Assembly: GCA_964383715.1 (NCBI GenBank)
Contig: CAYLHU010000001.1
Span: 17,733-77,974 of the forward strand
Origin: an uncultured Candidatus Saccharibacteria bacterium
GTDB taxonomy: Bacteria > Patescibacteriota > Minisyncoccia > Minisyncoccales > CG1-02-41-26
DNA length: 60,242 bases
Direction of reading: 5' to 3'
Below the pieces are notes generated by a model. It made no database searches, was not told the origin of the DNA, and was given only the letters and a program-made list of their open reading frames with translations. Both the position numbers and the translations under genes were made by a program. Shown here piece by piece: positions 9,655-17,490 of this stretch. Numbering within the stretch: position 1 is the first letter of the stretch; the number at the start of each line of letters is the position of its first letter.

Positions 9655-9922
9655 CTTACGAAGTAAGGGTTCGTTGGAGATGAAGCTTTAGCTTCATCGA
9701 CTATACACCGAGCTTTTGCGAAGTAACTCAAAGATTTTTTTCAAAAATCTTTTCCACTCACCCTTGCTTTGCAAGGGTTCGTAAGCGAAGGTAATGCGAT
9801 GAAAGATTACTTTCATCTTAACTCGCTCACAAAATGAGCCCGTAGATGAGAGCGAAGCTCTCATCGCCTACGAGCCCACGAAGTGGGCGAGTCAAGATGA
9901 AGACGAAGTCTTCATCGCCTAC
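9655..9922. repeat. Hairpin-element array
   Basis: gatgaagctttagcttcatc (9679-9698), gatgaaagattactttcatc (9798-9817), gatgagagcgaagctctcatc (9845-9865), gcccacgaagtgggc (9874-9888), gatgaagacgaagtcttcatc (9896-9916), plus the composite accgagcttttgcgaag... module. Confidence 0.9.
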
Positions 9923-10669
9923 TTAGAACTTTCCAACCTCTTTTGTATAATGACAGTAATCGCAGTCCTTATCCATCTCTGGGACTTTATCATTTTTAAG
10001 ACACTCGGCAATGTCAAAAATAGTTTTTTCTATCCATTGGTCGTCTCCTTGATAAGGGATAATTTTAACATCAAATTCAATTTTTTTATCAAAGGCGTTT
10101 TTGTCGGCATCACCATTGCAATAAACAAAATAACTTGTTTCGGAAACCGGAAACCCATTTTTTCGAAAAAGCCATTGATAAATTTCTATTTGTCTTTTAT
10201 AAGCAATTTGCCAATCAGCGTCTAAGGAGACCTCTCCGCTTTTAGCGGTTGCCTTATAGTCAACTATCAAAAGCTCCCCGTTAGGTTTTTGCCAAACATC
10301 GTCAATAGCCCCCATAATTAAAAAGTTTGTCGGTTGGTGGAGATACTGGATTCCCCTTTTCCAATTGCGCCAATCATCAAGATATTGATTTTGGAAAGGG
10401 ACAGCATCAATATTGTATTCTTCCATTAAGGGGTGGCGGGATTTATTAATTCTGTGAAAATCAAATTCTTTTTTTAATAACTTATCCACGGCGCTATTTA
10501 GGGTAAAAGGAAACCCGGGTGGGCGACTTATCCCTAACCGGCAATCCAAGTAAAAACAGCGAGGACAATTCAAAAAGAGGTCAATTTTAGACCGACTTAT
10601 CTTGAAGGGCTCAATTGCTCCCGGGTCGTATAAATTATGAATTCTTTTAGGATTGTAAAATCGGGACAT
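9923..10669 (-). CDS. PD-(D/E)XK nuclease, Cas4/RecB-like with a Cys cluster
   Basis: N-terminal CPRCFYLDC, a D...IVDYK core, QIEIYQ (QxxxY) and C-terminal CDYCHY. This is the Cas4-like Fe-S nuclease layout. Confidence 0.7.
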   Translation of the reverse strand: MSRFYNPKRIHNLYDPGAIEPFKISRSKIDLFLNCPRCFYLDCRLGISRPPGFPFTLNSAVDKLLKKEFDFHRINKSRHPLMEEYNIDAVPFQNQYLDDWRNWKRGIQYLHQPTNFLIMGAIDDVWQKPNGELLIVDYKATAKSGEVSLDADWQIAYKRQIEIYQWLFRKNGFPVSETSYFVYCNGDADKNAFDKKIEFDVKIIPYQGDDQWIEKTIFDIAECLKNDKVPEMDKDCDYCHYTKEVGKF

Positions 10670-10689
10670 ATCTTTACTTTAGAAGAAAT

Positions 10690-11607
10690 TTATTTTTTAG
10701 CAACCAAAAATCCATTAACGATTAAACCTATGGCTTCTTTCTCGTTTAATCCCCTCGTTCTTAAATAAATCAGTTCCTCTTCGGATATTCTTCCTATTGA
10801 TGCCTCGTGAGTTATTTGAGCCATTTTATTTTGGCAAATTAATTCAGGAGTTAAGAAAATTTTTGCTGATTCACTAATCAATAATCCTTGGCAATCCAAA
10901 TGTCCCCTTACTTCCTCTTTGGCGACAATTGAACTCTTGGCTTTAATTTCGCTGTTTTCTCCTCCCACTAATTTTAATCTCACAATCCCTTGAGAGTTTT
11001 TACCTTTAAGAACGAGATTATCTTTTATATCTATCTTTGTATTAGACGCCCTAATAGTAATATCCAATTCTGAAGAAGAGTTTTTATCTTCAAAAACAAA
11101 TGTTTTTATTCGGAGTTTTTTAGGCGGGAATAAATTTTTATAATTATAATTGAGAGAGGAGTTTTCCTCTAAAATAAACCTATAATCCGTCTCAACAGAA
11201 TCGTTTTCTCCCCACTGATGACAATGGTTATATTCTAAAGAAGCTCCTTTCTTAATAATAATTTTCCCTTGGGCAATATGACTTCCTCGGAGATTATTTT
11301 TTTGAGCATTACAAAATCCGTTAATTTTAACCTTTATCCCCTCTTCAATTACTAACAAGTTATTTAATTTTTGAGAAATATTAGGAGAAGCAATCGTTAA
11401 ACAAGTCGTTAAAGGGTTTTTCCCTTCTTTCTTCAACCAAACAAAATATCCTTCTTCTGGTTTTCTTAGAAAGTATTTTTTTACCCAACTAAACTTTTCC
11501 CAGGCCTTTGGACTGGGCATAACAATGGCACCTTCCCTCTCGGAAACATTTTTCAATCTATGGTCAATTTGCCAGTAGTCCACATTTTTTACATTTTTCA
11601 TATCCAT
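10690..11607 (-). CDS. Fe-S cluster assembly protein, SufB/SufD family
   Basis: C-terminal HEASIGRISEEELIYLRTRGLNEKEAIGLIVNGF is the SufB/D signature. The start is uncertain because the longest ORF overlaps sufC by about 100 nt. Confidence 0.75.
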   Translation of the reverse strand: MDMKNVKNVDYWQIDHRLKNVSEREGAIVMPSPKAWEKFSWVKKYFLRKPEEGYFVWLKKEGKNPLTTCLTIASPNISQKLNNLLVIEEGIKVKINGFCNAQKNNLRGSHIAQGKIIIKKGASLEYNHCHQWGENDSVETDYRFILEENSSLNYNYKNLFPPKKLRIKTFVFEDKNSSSELDITIRASNTKIDIKDNLVLKGKNSQGIVRLKLVGGENSEIKAKSSIVAKEEVRGHLDCQGLLISESAKIFLTPELICQNKMAQITHEASIGRISEEELIYLRTRGLNEKEAIGLIVNGFLVAKK

Positions 11608-12289
11608 ATTTTTTGATAGTCGCCAAAACCTTTTTAAAATTTTTTTCTCGGCAAATGATTTTTCCACTAACCATCACATTGGTAATAGCGGGCTTCAAAA
11701 AGTTTAAAATTTCTCCAGAGTGAGTAATCAATAAAATTGAAATTTTTTTATCTATTAGTTCTTTTTTGATAATATCTGAAAAAATCCTTATCTTTTTTAA
11801 GTCCAAACCGGAATCAATTTCATCAAAGATGACTAATTTTGGCTTTAGAGATAATATCTGCAAGAGTTCGGATATTCTTTTTTCCCCTCCGGAAAAATTC
11901 AAATTTGTATCTCTTAATAAAAAGCTGTCTTTGATTCCCAATTCTTTTAGATTACTCTTTTGGAGTTCCTCCTTACTGATTCTATCCAGTAATTGGTATA
12001 ATTTTACTCCTTTTATTGCTGGGGCCGATTGCCAACTTAAACATACCCCCAATTTTGTCCTTTCTTCGGGAGGGAGCTTGGTTATATTTTTTCCGTTTAA
12101 AAAAATCTCTCCCTTTTTTATTTCGTATTTTGGGTTGCCTGAAATTACTTGGGCAAAAGTGCTTTTCCCTGAAGCGTTGGGTCCCAATAGGGCCTGAATC
12201 TCCCCCTTTTTTATTTGAAAGTTTATTCCCTTTAATATCTCCTTTTTGCCGTTAGATGTGGCTTCCAAGTTTTTGATTTCTAATAACAT
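11564..12289 (-). CDS. sufC: Fe-S cluster assembly ATPase SufC
   Basis: Walker A GPNASGKST, ABC signature FSGGEKR and Walker B FDEIDSGLD. The likely start is MLLEIKNL at 12289. Confidence 0.85.
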   Translation of the reverse strand: MLLEIKNLEATSNGKKEILKGINFQIKKGEIQALLGPNASGKSTFAQVISGNPKYEIKKGEIFLNGKNITKLPPEERTKLGVCLSWQSAPAIKGVKLYQLLDRISKEELQKSNLKELGIKDSFLLRDTNLNFSGGEKRISELLQILSLKPKLVIFDEIDSGLDLKKIRIFSDIIKKELIDKKISILLITHSGEILNFLKPAITNVMVSGKIICREKNFKKVLATIKKYGYEKCKKCGLLAN

Positions 12290-12381
12290 AAAATTATCTT
12301 TACTATAAGAAATTTTTGATGAATTATCAACACAAAAAGTCCCTTTTGGGGACTTTTTGCTTTTCATCGATAAAAAAACAC

Positions 12382-12642
12382 TTAAAAGCTTTTTTTCATC
12401 GGCCTTGCCTCATCTACCGTGATGGTTCTTCCGTCTAATTCTTTTCCGTTTAAGGTTTCAATAGCAGTTTTTGCCTCTTTTTCACTAGACATTTCTATAA
12501 AGCCAAATCCTTTTGACCTTCCAGAAATTTTGTCTTTAATGATAGTGGCTGATTCTACTTTACCAGCTTTTGAAAAAAAATCTTGGAGAGAATCTTCAGT
12601 AGAGTCATAAGAAAGACTTCCTACGTAAAGTTTCGTATTCAT
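12382..12642 (-). CDS. RRM-type RNA-binding protein
   Basis: RNP2 LYVGSLS and RNP1 KGFGFIEM. Confidence 0.85.
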   Translation of the reverse strand: MNTKLYVGSLSYDSTEDSLQDFFSKAGKVESATIIKDKISGRSKGFGFIEMSSEKEAKTAIETLNGKELDGRTITVDEARPMKKSF

Positions 12643-12894
12643 TTTTAGAAAATTTATTGATTAAATTTTAACGACCTTACTCTCAACTTGGAGATTACGG
12701 CACCTTCTCTAACAGAGATTTTATCTTACAAAATCTCATTTAAAGAATTGCTACTTTTGATTATACAGAAGTTATTTCTTTTGTCAAATGTTTTTTGGGG
12801 AAAACAAAAATCACAAAGGAAATTACGAAGGTTAAACCTTCGTAATTTTTAGTTTCTATTTTGAATCTATATTTTTTAAAAAAAAGGGGGTTGA

Positions 12895-13143
12895 TTAAAT
12901 CAACCCGATTTTTGTTTTTATTTCCCTTCTCCTTATTTTGGAAAAAAACAGGATTAGGAAAAGAACTATTGTTGAGAAGATGAGCGTCGCCCATCTCTGG
13001 TTGGTGGTCGTAAAGGTTGCTGTCAGAACAAAAATTACTGAAAAAAACAAGGCAATTTTAACTTTCCCCTTAAAGGAAAAGTAAATGGCTGTGAAGATAA
13101 GGATAATCCCCACTGCCTCCCCTACAAAATATAAATTGAGCAT
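12895..13143 (-). CDS. Small integral membrane protein (hypothetical)
   Basis: Three hydrophobic segments. A hairpin terminator lies downstream at about 12825-12855. Confidence 0.4.
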   Translation of the reverse strand: MLNLYFVGEAVGIILIFTAIYFSFKGKVKIALFFSVIFVLTATFTTTNQRWATLIFSTIVLFLILFFSKIRRREIKTKIGLI

Positions 13144-13235
13144 CCTCTTTCCTCCTTTAATGTTCTACTACAATAATATCATAAAGATATTATTTTGTCA
13201 ACTTTTTTATGATGAAAACAAAGTTTTTATCGTTA

Positions 13236-13673
13236 CTATGGTTTCACAATATCTAATAATTCAATTTCAAACACGAGAACAGCACTTGGCGGAATTACAT
13301 TAGGAATTCCATTTGGCCCATAGGCGAGGTCGGAAGGAATTGTTAATTTTCGCTTCTCTCCTACTTTCATTTCTAAAATACCTAAATCCCAACCCTTAAT
13401 AACCCGACCGGCTCCCAATTGGAAACTAAATGGTGTTCCCCTATCCAAGCTTGAATCAAACTTTGTTCCATCTTCAAGAGTCCCGGTATAGTGGACAGAA
13501 ACGGTATCTCCGTTTTTTACTTCTTCTCCTGTCCCCTCTTTTAATATTTCTATTTTTAATCCGTTATCCATAATTTTTTCTTTTGTTCCTTTTTTATTGC
13601 CTAAAATAAAGACGCCGACAATGACGACAATAATAACGGCAACGACCAAAGAAACGATTAATATTTTTTTCAT
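13236..13673 (-). CDS. FKBP-type peptidyl-prolyl cis-trans isomerase, membrane anchored
   Basis: N-terminal TM helix, then VHYTGTLEDGTKFDSS ... GAGRVIKGWD ... LVFEIELL. Confidence 0.85.
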   Translation of the reverse strand: MKKILIVSLVVAVIIVVIVGVFILGNKKGTKEKIMDNGLKIEILKEGTGEEVKNGDTVSVHYTGTLEDGTKFDSSLDRGTPFSFQLGAGRVIKGWDLGILEMKVGEKRKLTIPSDLAYGPNGIPNVIPPSAVLVFEIELLDIVKP

Positions 13674-13690
13674 AAATTTATTTAGTTAGA

Positions 13691-13833
13691 ATATTATATT
13701 CGTTACCCCTCTATTTTTATTATAACCCTATTTCCCAAAATCCCAAATAAAAAACAACAGGGTTAAACCGTGTTGTTTTTTAATAGTTTGAGTATAGGAT
13801 GGCGTTAGGACTTGTTTGAAAAATAATTAGATT
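13691..13833 (-). repeat. Terminator-plus-promoter module, copy 1 (long form)
   Basis: Near-identical to 15731-15873, and in its core to 14983-15071. Read on the minus strand it holds a hairpin terminator (aacagggttaaaccgtgtt plus a T-run), then TTGGGA-16 nt-TATAAT directly upstream of the FKBP gene. Confidence 0.8.
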
Positions 13834-13850
13834 TTTTTTAATTTATTTTA

Positions 13851-13884
13851 GGTGCGTTTTACTGCGATCGCAGTAGAATGCACC
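13851..13884. repeat. CGATCG-centred nested palindrome (ggtgc-gtttt-actgCGATCGcagt-agaat-gcacc)
   Basis: Same frame as 38093-38126 (ggtgc-gtttt-gggaCGATCGtcat-agaat-gcacc), but the inner arms differ. Confidence 0.75.
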
Positions 13885-13888
13885 CGTT

Positions 13889-14755
13889 TTATATCTGATT
13901 TTTTTCACTTTGTTTTTCGTTAAAATATTCAATTATCTGTTTTTCTAATATTTTTTTTCTTTCATTCAAAAAAACCACTAATATATGATTAATTTTTTCA
14001 GAATCACTACCACGTTTATAGAACTGATATTTATTAACTCTTTCTGAAATTTGCTCATTTGTTAACTTTCTAATTCTCTTAATTATTTCATTAAAATCAG
14101 AAAGTTTGCTTTTATTAAGTATTAATTTTTTGGTTTTTCTCCCAATACACCTATTAAGAGTGTCTTTGTTTATCTCGTATGTTTTAGCACAAAAACCAAG
14201 AGATTTACCCGAGTTGTCAATTGGTCCCCACAACTGATAGTCAATAGTCCAAAGTTTATTCTTGTTATCTATAAGATAATCGTCATCTTTTTTATCCAAA
14301 TTACCTAACCAACAATCAAAAACGAATATTTCTCTAAGTCGGGCCATATTAATTCTCTTAAAATCATATTCTTCTAACTGTACCCCACTATATTTACTTA
14401 ATAATATAAAATTATAATCATAAAATTCACTAGTTTTTAAATTTTTTGCTAATTGATCAAAATTTAAGATTTTATCATTTGGAACAAGTTTGATTTCCGG
14501 CATTGATATGTTCATAAGCTTGGCTAAATCCCAAGCAAGAAGAGCCCTTTGATTAAGGTCAAAAATCCCAGGAGGAGTTATAAATTCGACTCGTTTTGAT
14601 ATTTTGCCAACCCAATTATATAAAATAAAAATTTTATTGAAAATGATATAATTCTCTTGCACATTAAACTTTTTATTATAACCCGAATAATTCACTTGTT
14701 CCGGTAATAAAAGGTATGTATGTTTAAGTATTGCTTTCATAGATTTATTTTCCAT
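13889..14755 (-). CDS. Hypothetical protein, possibly a degenerate HipA-like kinase
   Basis: FDCWLGNLDKKDDDYLIDNKNKLWTIDYQLW resembles the HipA-like catalytic-loop layout (D..N.D....N ... IDH), but key residues are substituted. Confidence 0.35.
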   Translation of the reverse strand: MENKSMKAILKHTYLLLPEQVNYSGYNKKFNVQENYIIFNKIFILYNWVGKISKRVEFITPPGIFDLNQRALLAWDLAKLMNISMPEIKLVPNDKILNFDQLAKNLKTSEFYDYNFILLSKYSGVQLEEYDFKRINMARLREIFVFDCWLGNLDKKDDDYLIDNKNKLWTIDYQLWGPIDNSGKSLGFCAKTYEINKDTLNRCIGRKTKKLILNKSKLSDFNEIIKRIRKLTNEQISERVNKYQFYKRGSDSEKINHILVVFLNERKKILEKQIIEYFNEKQSEKNQI

Positions 14756-14963
14756 ATTTTTCTTTACATCCTGACCTACAACCCAAACAACTCACATCTT
14801 TATTTAGAGAAAAATTTTTGAGGCCACAATAATCTGCTTGACATTTTTCTAAACAGGCCTGATATTTTCGTTCTGTTTTCTGATGGCCCCATACTAAAAA
14901 ACTACTAAGTAAAACTCCTATTATTAGAATTAAGATTATATAAGTTTTAGTTTTTTCTATCAT
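14745..14963 (-). CDS. Small Cys-rich membrane-anchored protein (hypothetical)
   Basis: One TM helix followed by 8 Cys in about 40 aa. Overlaps the downstream ORF by 11 nt, which suggests an operon. Confidence 0.45.
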   Translation of the reverse strand: MIEKTKTYIILILIIGVLLSSFLVWGHQKTERKYQACLEKCQADYCGLKNFSLNKDVSCLGCRSGCKEKYGK

Positions 14964-14982
14964 AAATTTATTTTATTAAAAA

Positions 14983-15071
14983 ATTATATTCATTAACCCT
15001 CTATTTTTATTATAACCTTATTTCCCAAAATCCCAAACAAAAAACAACAGGGTTAAACCGTGTTGTTTTTT
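14983..15071 (-). repeat. Terminator-plus-promoter module, copy 2 (short form)
   Basis: Core of the module, including the hairpin and the TTGGGA/TATAAT promoter. Lies directly upstream of the Cys-rich ORF and downstream of hicA. Confidence 0.8.
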
Positions 15072-15078
15072 CTTTTTC

Positions 15079-15303
15079 TTATTTACTTAACCAAATTTTT
15101 TGAGAAATACCAGATTGTAAGATAATTCCTTTCATGGTTTTTGGCTTGAAACTTTTATTCCCATGAAATGGTACTTGGACGATTCTTGATTTAGAACCAA
15201 TATAGTAATAATGACTTCCTCTCACATGCCCAAGTATAAATCCGTTATTTTTCAAAAACTTTTCTATATCCGTGAATGTCCAGTTAAACAATCGGTTAGG
15301 CAT
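15079..15303 (-). CDS. hicA: HicA-family mRNA interferase toxin
   Basis: GSHYYY ... VPFHGNKSFKPKTMKGIL matches the HicA/YcfA pattern. Adjacent to a HicB-like ORF. Confidence 0.75.
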   Translation of the reverse strand: MPNRLFNWTFTDIEKFLKNNGFILGHVRGSHYYYIGSKSRIVQVPFHGNKSFKPKTMKGIILQSGISQKIWLSK

Positions 15304-15308
15304 ATTTA

Positions 15309-15641
15309 TTAAAATGCTAATGCCGGAGAAAAAGCGCCTGTGTGGTATCCAAAATGGTATACTTGTTTTTCAGAAGGTATTTTTTTATGTTCTTGTAATG
15401 CTTTCCAGAGTTTTTCATATTCCCCATCTGGTTTCTGATTTAAGGCAAAAGGTCGCATCTTATATTTGCGCGCCGTTTCTATATAGCCCTTTATAGCTTG
15501 GTCTAAAGAGGCCATTACTGCTAATGGGTCTTGTCCTTCTTCAATAAGATTAAATTCTAATGCCACGCCATACCAAGTGCCAGCTTCTTTGAATATAATA
15601 CAACGAACAGAACCCTTATTGAAAGTATTCTTGTATCTCAT
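15309..15641 (-). CDS. hicB: HicB-like antitoxin
   Basis: 110-aa ORF 5 nt upstream of hicA. The N-terminus looks like the HicB fold (CIIFKEAGTWYGVALEFNL). Confidence 0.6.
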   Translation of the reverse strand: MRYKNTFNKGSVRCIIFKEAGTWYGVALEFNLIEEGQDPLAVMASLDQAIKGYIETARKYKMRPFALNQKPDGEYEKLWKALQEHKKIPSEKQVYHFGYHTGAFSPALAF

Positions 15642-15730
15642 ATTTTTATTATATACTTAACACCAAAAAAAACAATATACATATTATGATTTTTTTATCT
15701 CAATTATTAATTTTTATGTGAAATAGTTAA

Positions 15731-15873
15731 ATATTATATTCATTAACCCTCTATTTTTATTATAACCCTATTCCCCAAAATCCCAAAAGAAAAAAACAAC
15801 AGGGGCTAACCCTGTTGTTTTTTAATAGTTTGAGTATAGGACGGTGTTGGGACTTGTTTGGAAAATAATTAGA
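15731..15873 (-). repeat. Terminator-plus-promoter module, copy 3 (long form)
   Basis: Aligns with copy 1 over its whole length. Its hairpin is a perfect aacagggGCTAAccctgtt. Confidence 0.8.
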
Positions 15874-15882
15874 GATTTTCAA

Positions 15883-16344
15883 CTATTTCTTTTTAGTTTT
15901 GACAATCGGAGCTGTTTTCGTTGCTTTCTTGATTTTTTCTTTTACAACCAAAGGTTTAGTGTTTGCTATATTCTCTATTGCCCTAATAAGTAAATCCATT
16001 TTCCCATTCAATATTTCTAACTGTCTTTTCACTTCATCATTATTCCCCCTGCTAATGTCGCTTCTATTACTTCCAAAGTCCGGCTTAGTTGGGGCTCTAT
16101 AGTTACTAGAATCTCTTTGAGAGGATCTATCCCCGCCTCGATTGTTCCCAATTTCTTTTTTGTTTCCAAAACAAGCACTACAATACACTGGCTTATCGCC
16201 AGTTGGTCTAAAAGGGACTTCGCATGATTCTCCACATTTATCACAGGTCGCTTGATGCATAGTGACTGGGCCACGGTCTCTTCCTCCACCAAATCCACCT
16301 CGTCCACCGAAACGCCCTCCACTATCTTTTCTAAAATTTCCCAT
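15883..16344 (-). CDS. CxxC-x17-CxxC zinc-ribbon protein with a Gly/Arg-rich N-terminus
   Basis: GRFGGRGGFGGGRDRG followed by CDKCGESCEVPFRPTGDKPVYCSAC. Confidence 0.7.
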   Translation of the reverse strand: MGNFRKDSGGRFGGRGGFGGGRDRGPVTMHQATCDKCGESCEVPFRPTGDKPVYCSACFGNKKEIGNNRGGDRSSQRDSSNYRAPTKPDFGSNRSDISRGNNDEVKRQLEILNGKMDLLIRAIENIANTKPLVVKEKIKKATKTAPIVKTKKK

Positions 16345-16539
16345 ATATTTATTTTAGTTGTTATTACGATGATGATGAATTAAATATACATCATCTTAAT
16401 CTTAGTTATTATTCCTTCGACATTACGAATTCTAATTTTTCTCTTAATAATTAAATAATAGCAGAAAATATATTATTGTCAACCCTTAATCAATATTGTT
16501 GCAGGTCGTGGACGATGTTAGAACCTGATTAGTAGGAAT

Positions 16540-16920
16540 TTATGCTAATTTTTTAATTTTTTCTATTGTAATAAGGACTGCCCCCTTTGGATTTTCTTTT
16601 TTATTCTCTGGCAGATTATTTACGAATTCTCTCCATTTACCAGAAGTTAAATATTCAGCTTTACCTTTTAGCTCATAACCCTCACAATCTTCTTCATTTT
16701 CCCAATTCCTACTCCAAACAGCTAAGGCAACATTATTATTTCGTTCAATATTTTTAAGCGTTTCTGTAATACATATAACTGACAAGATGATTTGATTATC
16801 AGAAACAACTTTGGGATAACCGAGGGCGATACAATGAGGATTACTATTCTCATCAGTTGTTGCGACTGCTAAAGCATTCTCCTCAATTAGTTTTTTGATT
16901 TCAGGGATTATTTTATTCAT
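16540..16920 (-). CDS. Pyridoxamine 5'-phosphate oxidase-like FMN-binding protein
   Basis: Size and pattern fit (ALAVATTDENSNPHCIALG ... NIERNNNVALAVW). Family-level call only. Confidence 0.5.
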   Translation of the reverse strand: MNKIIPEIKKLIEENALAVATTDENSNPHCIALGYPKVVSDNQIILSVICITETLKNIERNNNVALAVWSRNWENEEDCEGYELKGKAEYLTSGKWREFVNNLPENKKENPKGAVLITIEKIKKLA

Positions 16921-16936
16921 AAATTTTTATTTAGTT

Positions 16937-17140
16937 TTATTTTTTTAACCTTTTCAATAAATAAAGAATTAAAGTCGCTGATAAGAAATAAAACAATTCT
17001 CCAACTAAAAATGTATTAATCCCTAATCCATTCAAATAGGGATATTGAAGCTTTGATATTTTATGCATTCCTTGAATTGCCCAAATTACCGTCCCGATTT
17101 CAGCAACAGTAAATAAAATTTTCTTAATTTTTTCTTTCAT
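16937..17140 (-). CDS. Small membrane protein (hypothetical)
   Basis: The likely start is MKEKIKKILF at 17140. The longer ORF-track N-terminus runs into the hairpin repeat array. Confidence 0.4.
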   Translation of the reverse strand: MKEKIKKILFTVAEIGTVIWAIQGMHKISKLQYPYLNGLGINTFLVGELFYFLSATLILYLLKRLKK

Positions 17141-17419
17141 AAATACTATTTTATCTACTTTCAGTATAATCCTATTTTTCGAAGAATCCAAACAAAAAAT
17201 CGCTTGAATAAAAAAACGATTTGTATTTGTTGCGGAGCTTGGATTCAGACACCGAGTTTTTGCGAAGCAACTCAAAGAGATAAATCTCTTTTCTACTTTG
17301 CACTTTTGCTTCGCAAAAGTTTAAGTAAGTGAAGGTAAAGATGAATGCGGAGCATTCATCGCCCTTCGGGCTTTGTTCAAGATGAATGCTTGCTATTCCG
17401 TAGCCTTGGCGAAGGATAG
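17141..17419. repeat. Hairpin-element array, left flank of tRNA-Gln
   Basis: Contains the composite module accgagtttttgcgaagcaactcaaaga..., gatgaatgcggagcattcatc (17339-17359) and agcccttcgggct. Confidence 0.85.
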
Positions 17420-17490
17420 TTGCGGGGCTAGGACTCGAACCTAGATAGACAGCTCCAAGGGCTGTTGTCCTACCGTTAGACGACCCCGCA
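17420..17490 (-). tRNA. tRNA-Gln (anticodon UUG)
   Basis: Cloverleaf folded by hand. It has a U1-A72 pair, T arm CTAGG-TTCGAGT-CCTAG and anticodon arm ACAGC-CCTTGGA-GCTGT. The loop appears to have C at position 33. Confidence 0.75.

Noticed and set aside
10690-11667. Possible frameshift or pseudogene, from the 104-nt overlap between sufB/D and sufC
   Set aside because: The overlap disappears or shrinks with an internal Met start (M21/M23). Both reading frames are intact with complete motifs.
12761-12994. 77-aa minus-strand ORF
   Set aside because: It overlaps the 3' end of the better membrane-protein ORF 12895..13143 and runs through a terminator hairpin. It is probably non-coding 3' and 5' UTR sequence.
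13691-15873. Integron-type cassette array
   Set aside because: There is no integrase in the window. The repeated module is a terminator/promoter unit and not an attC-like imperfect palindrome with R/L boxes.
16029-16322. 97-aa ORF overlapping the zinc-ribbon gene in another frame
   Set aside because: The 15883..16344 frame has the CxxC-x17-CxxC motif and Gly/Arg-rich N-terminus of a known family. The alternative frame has no features.
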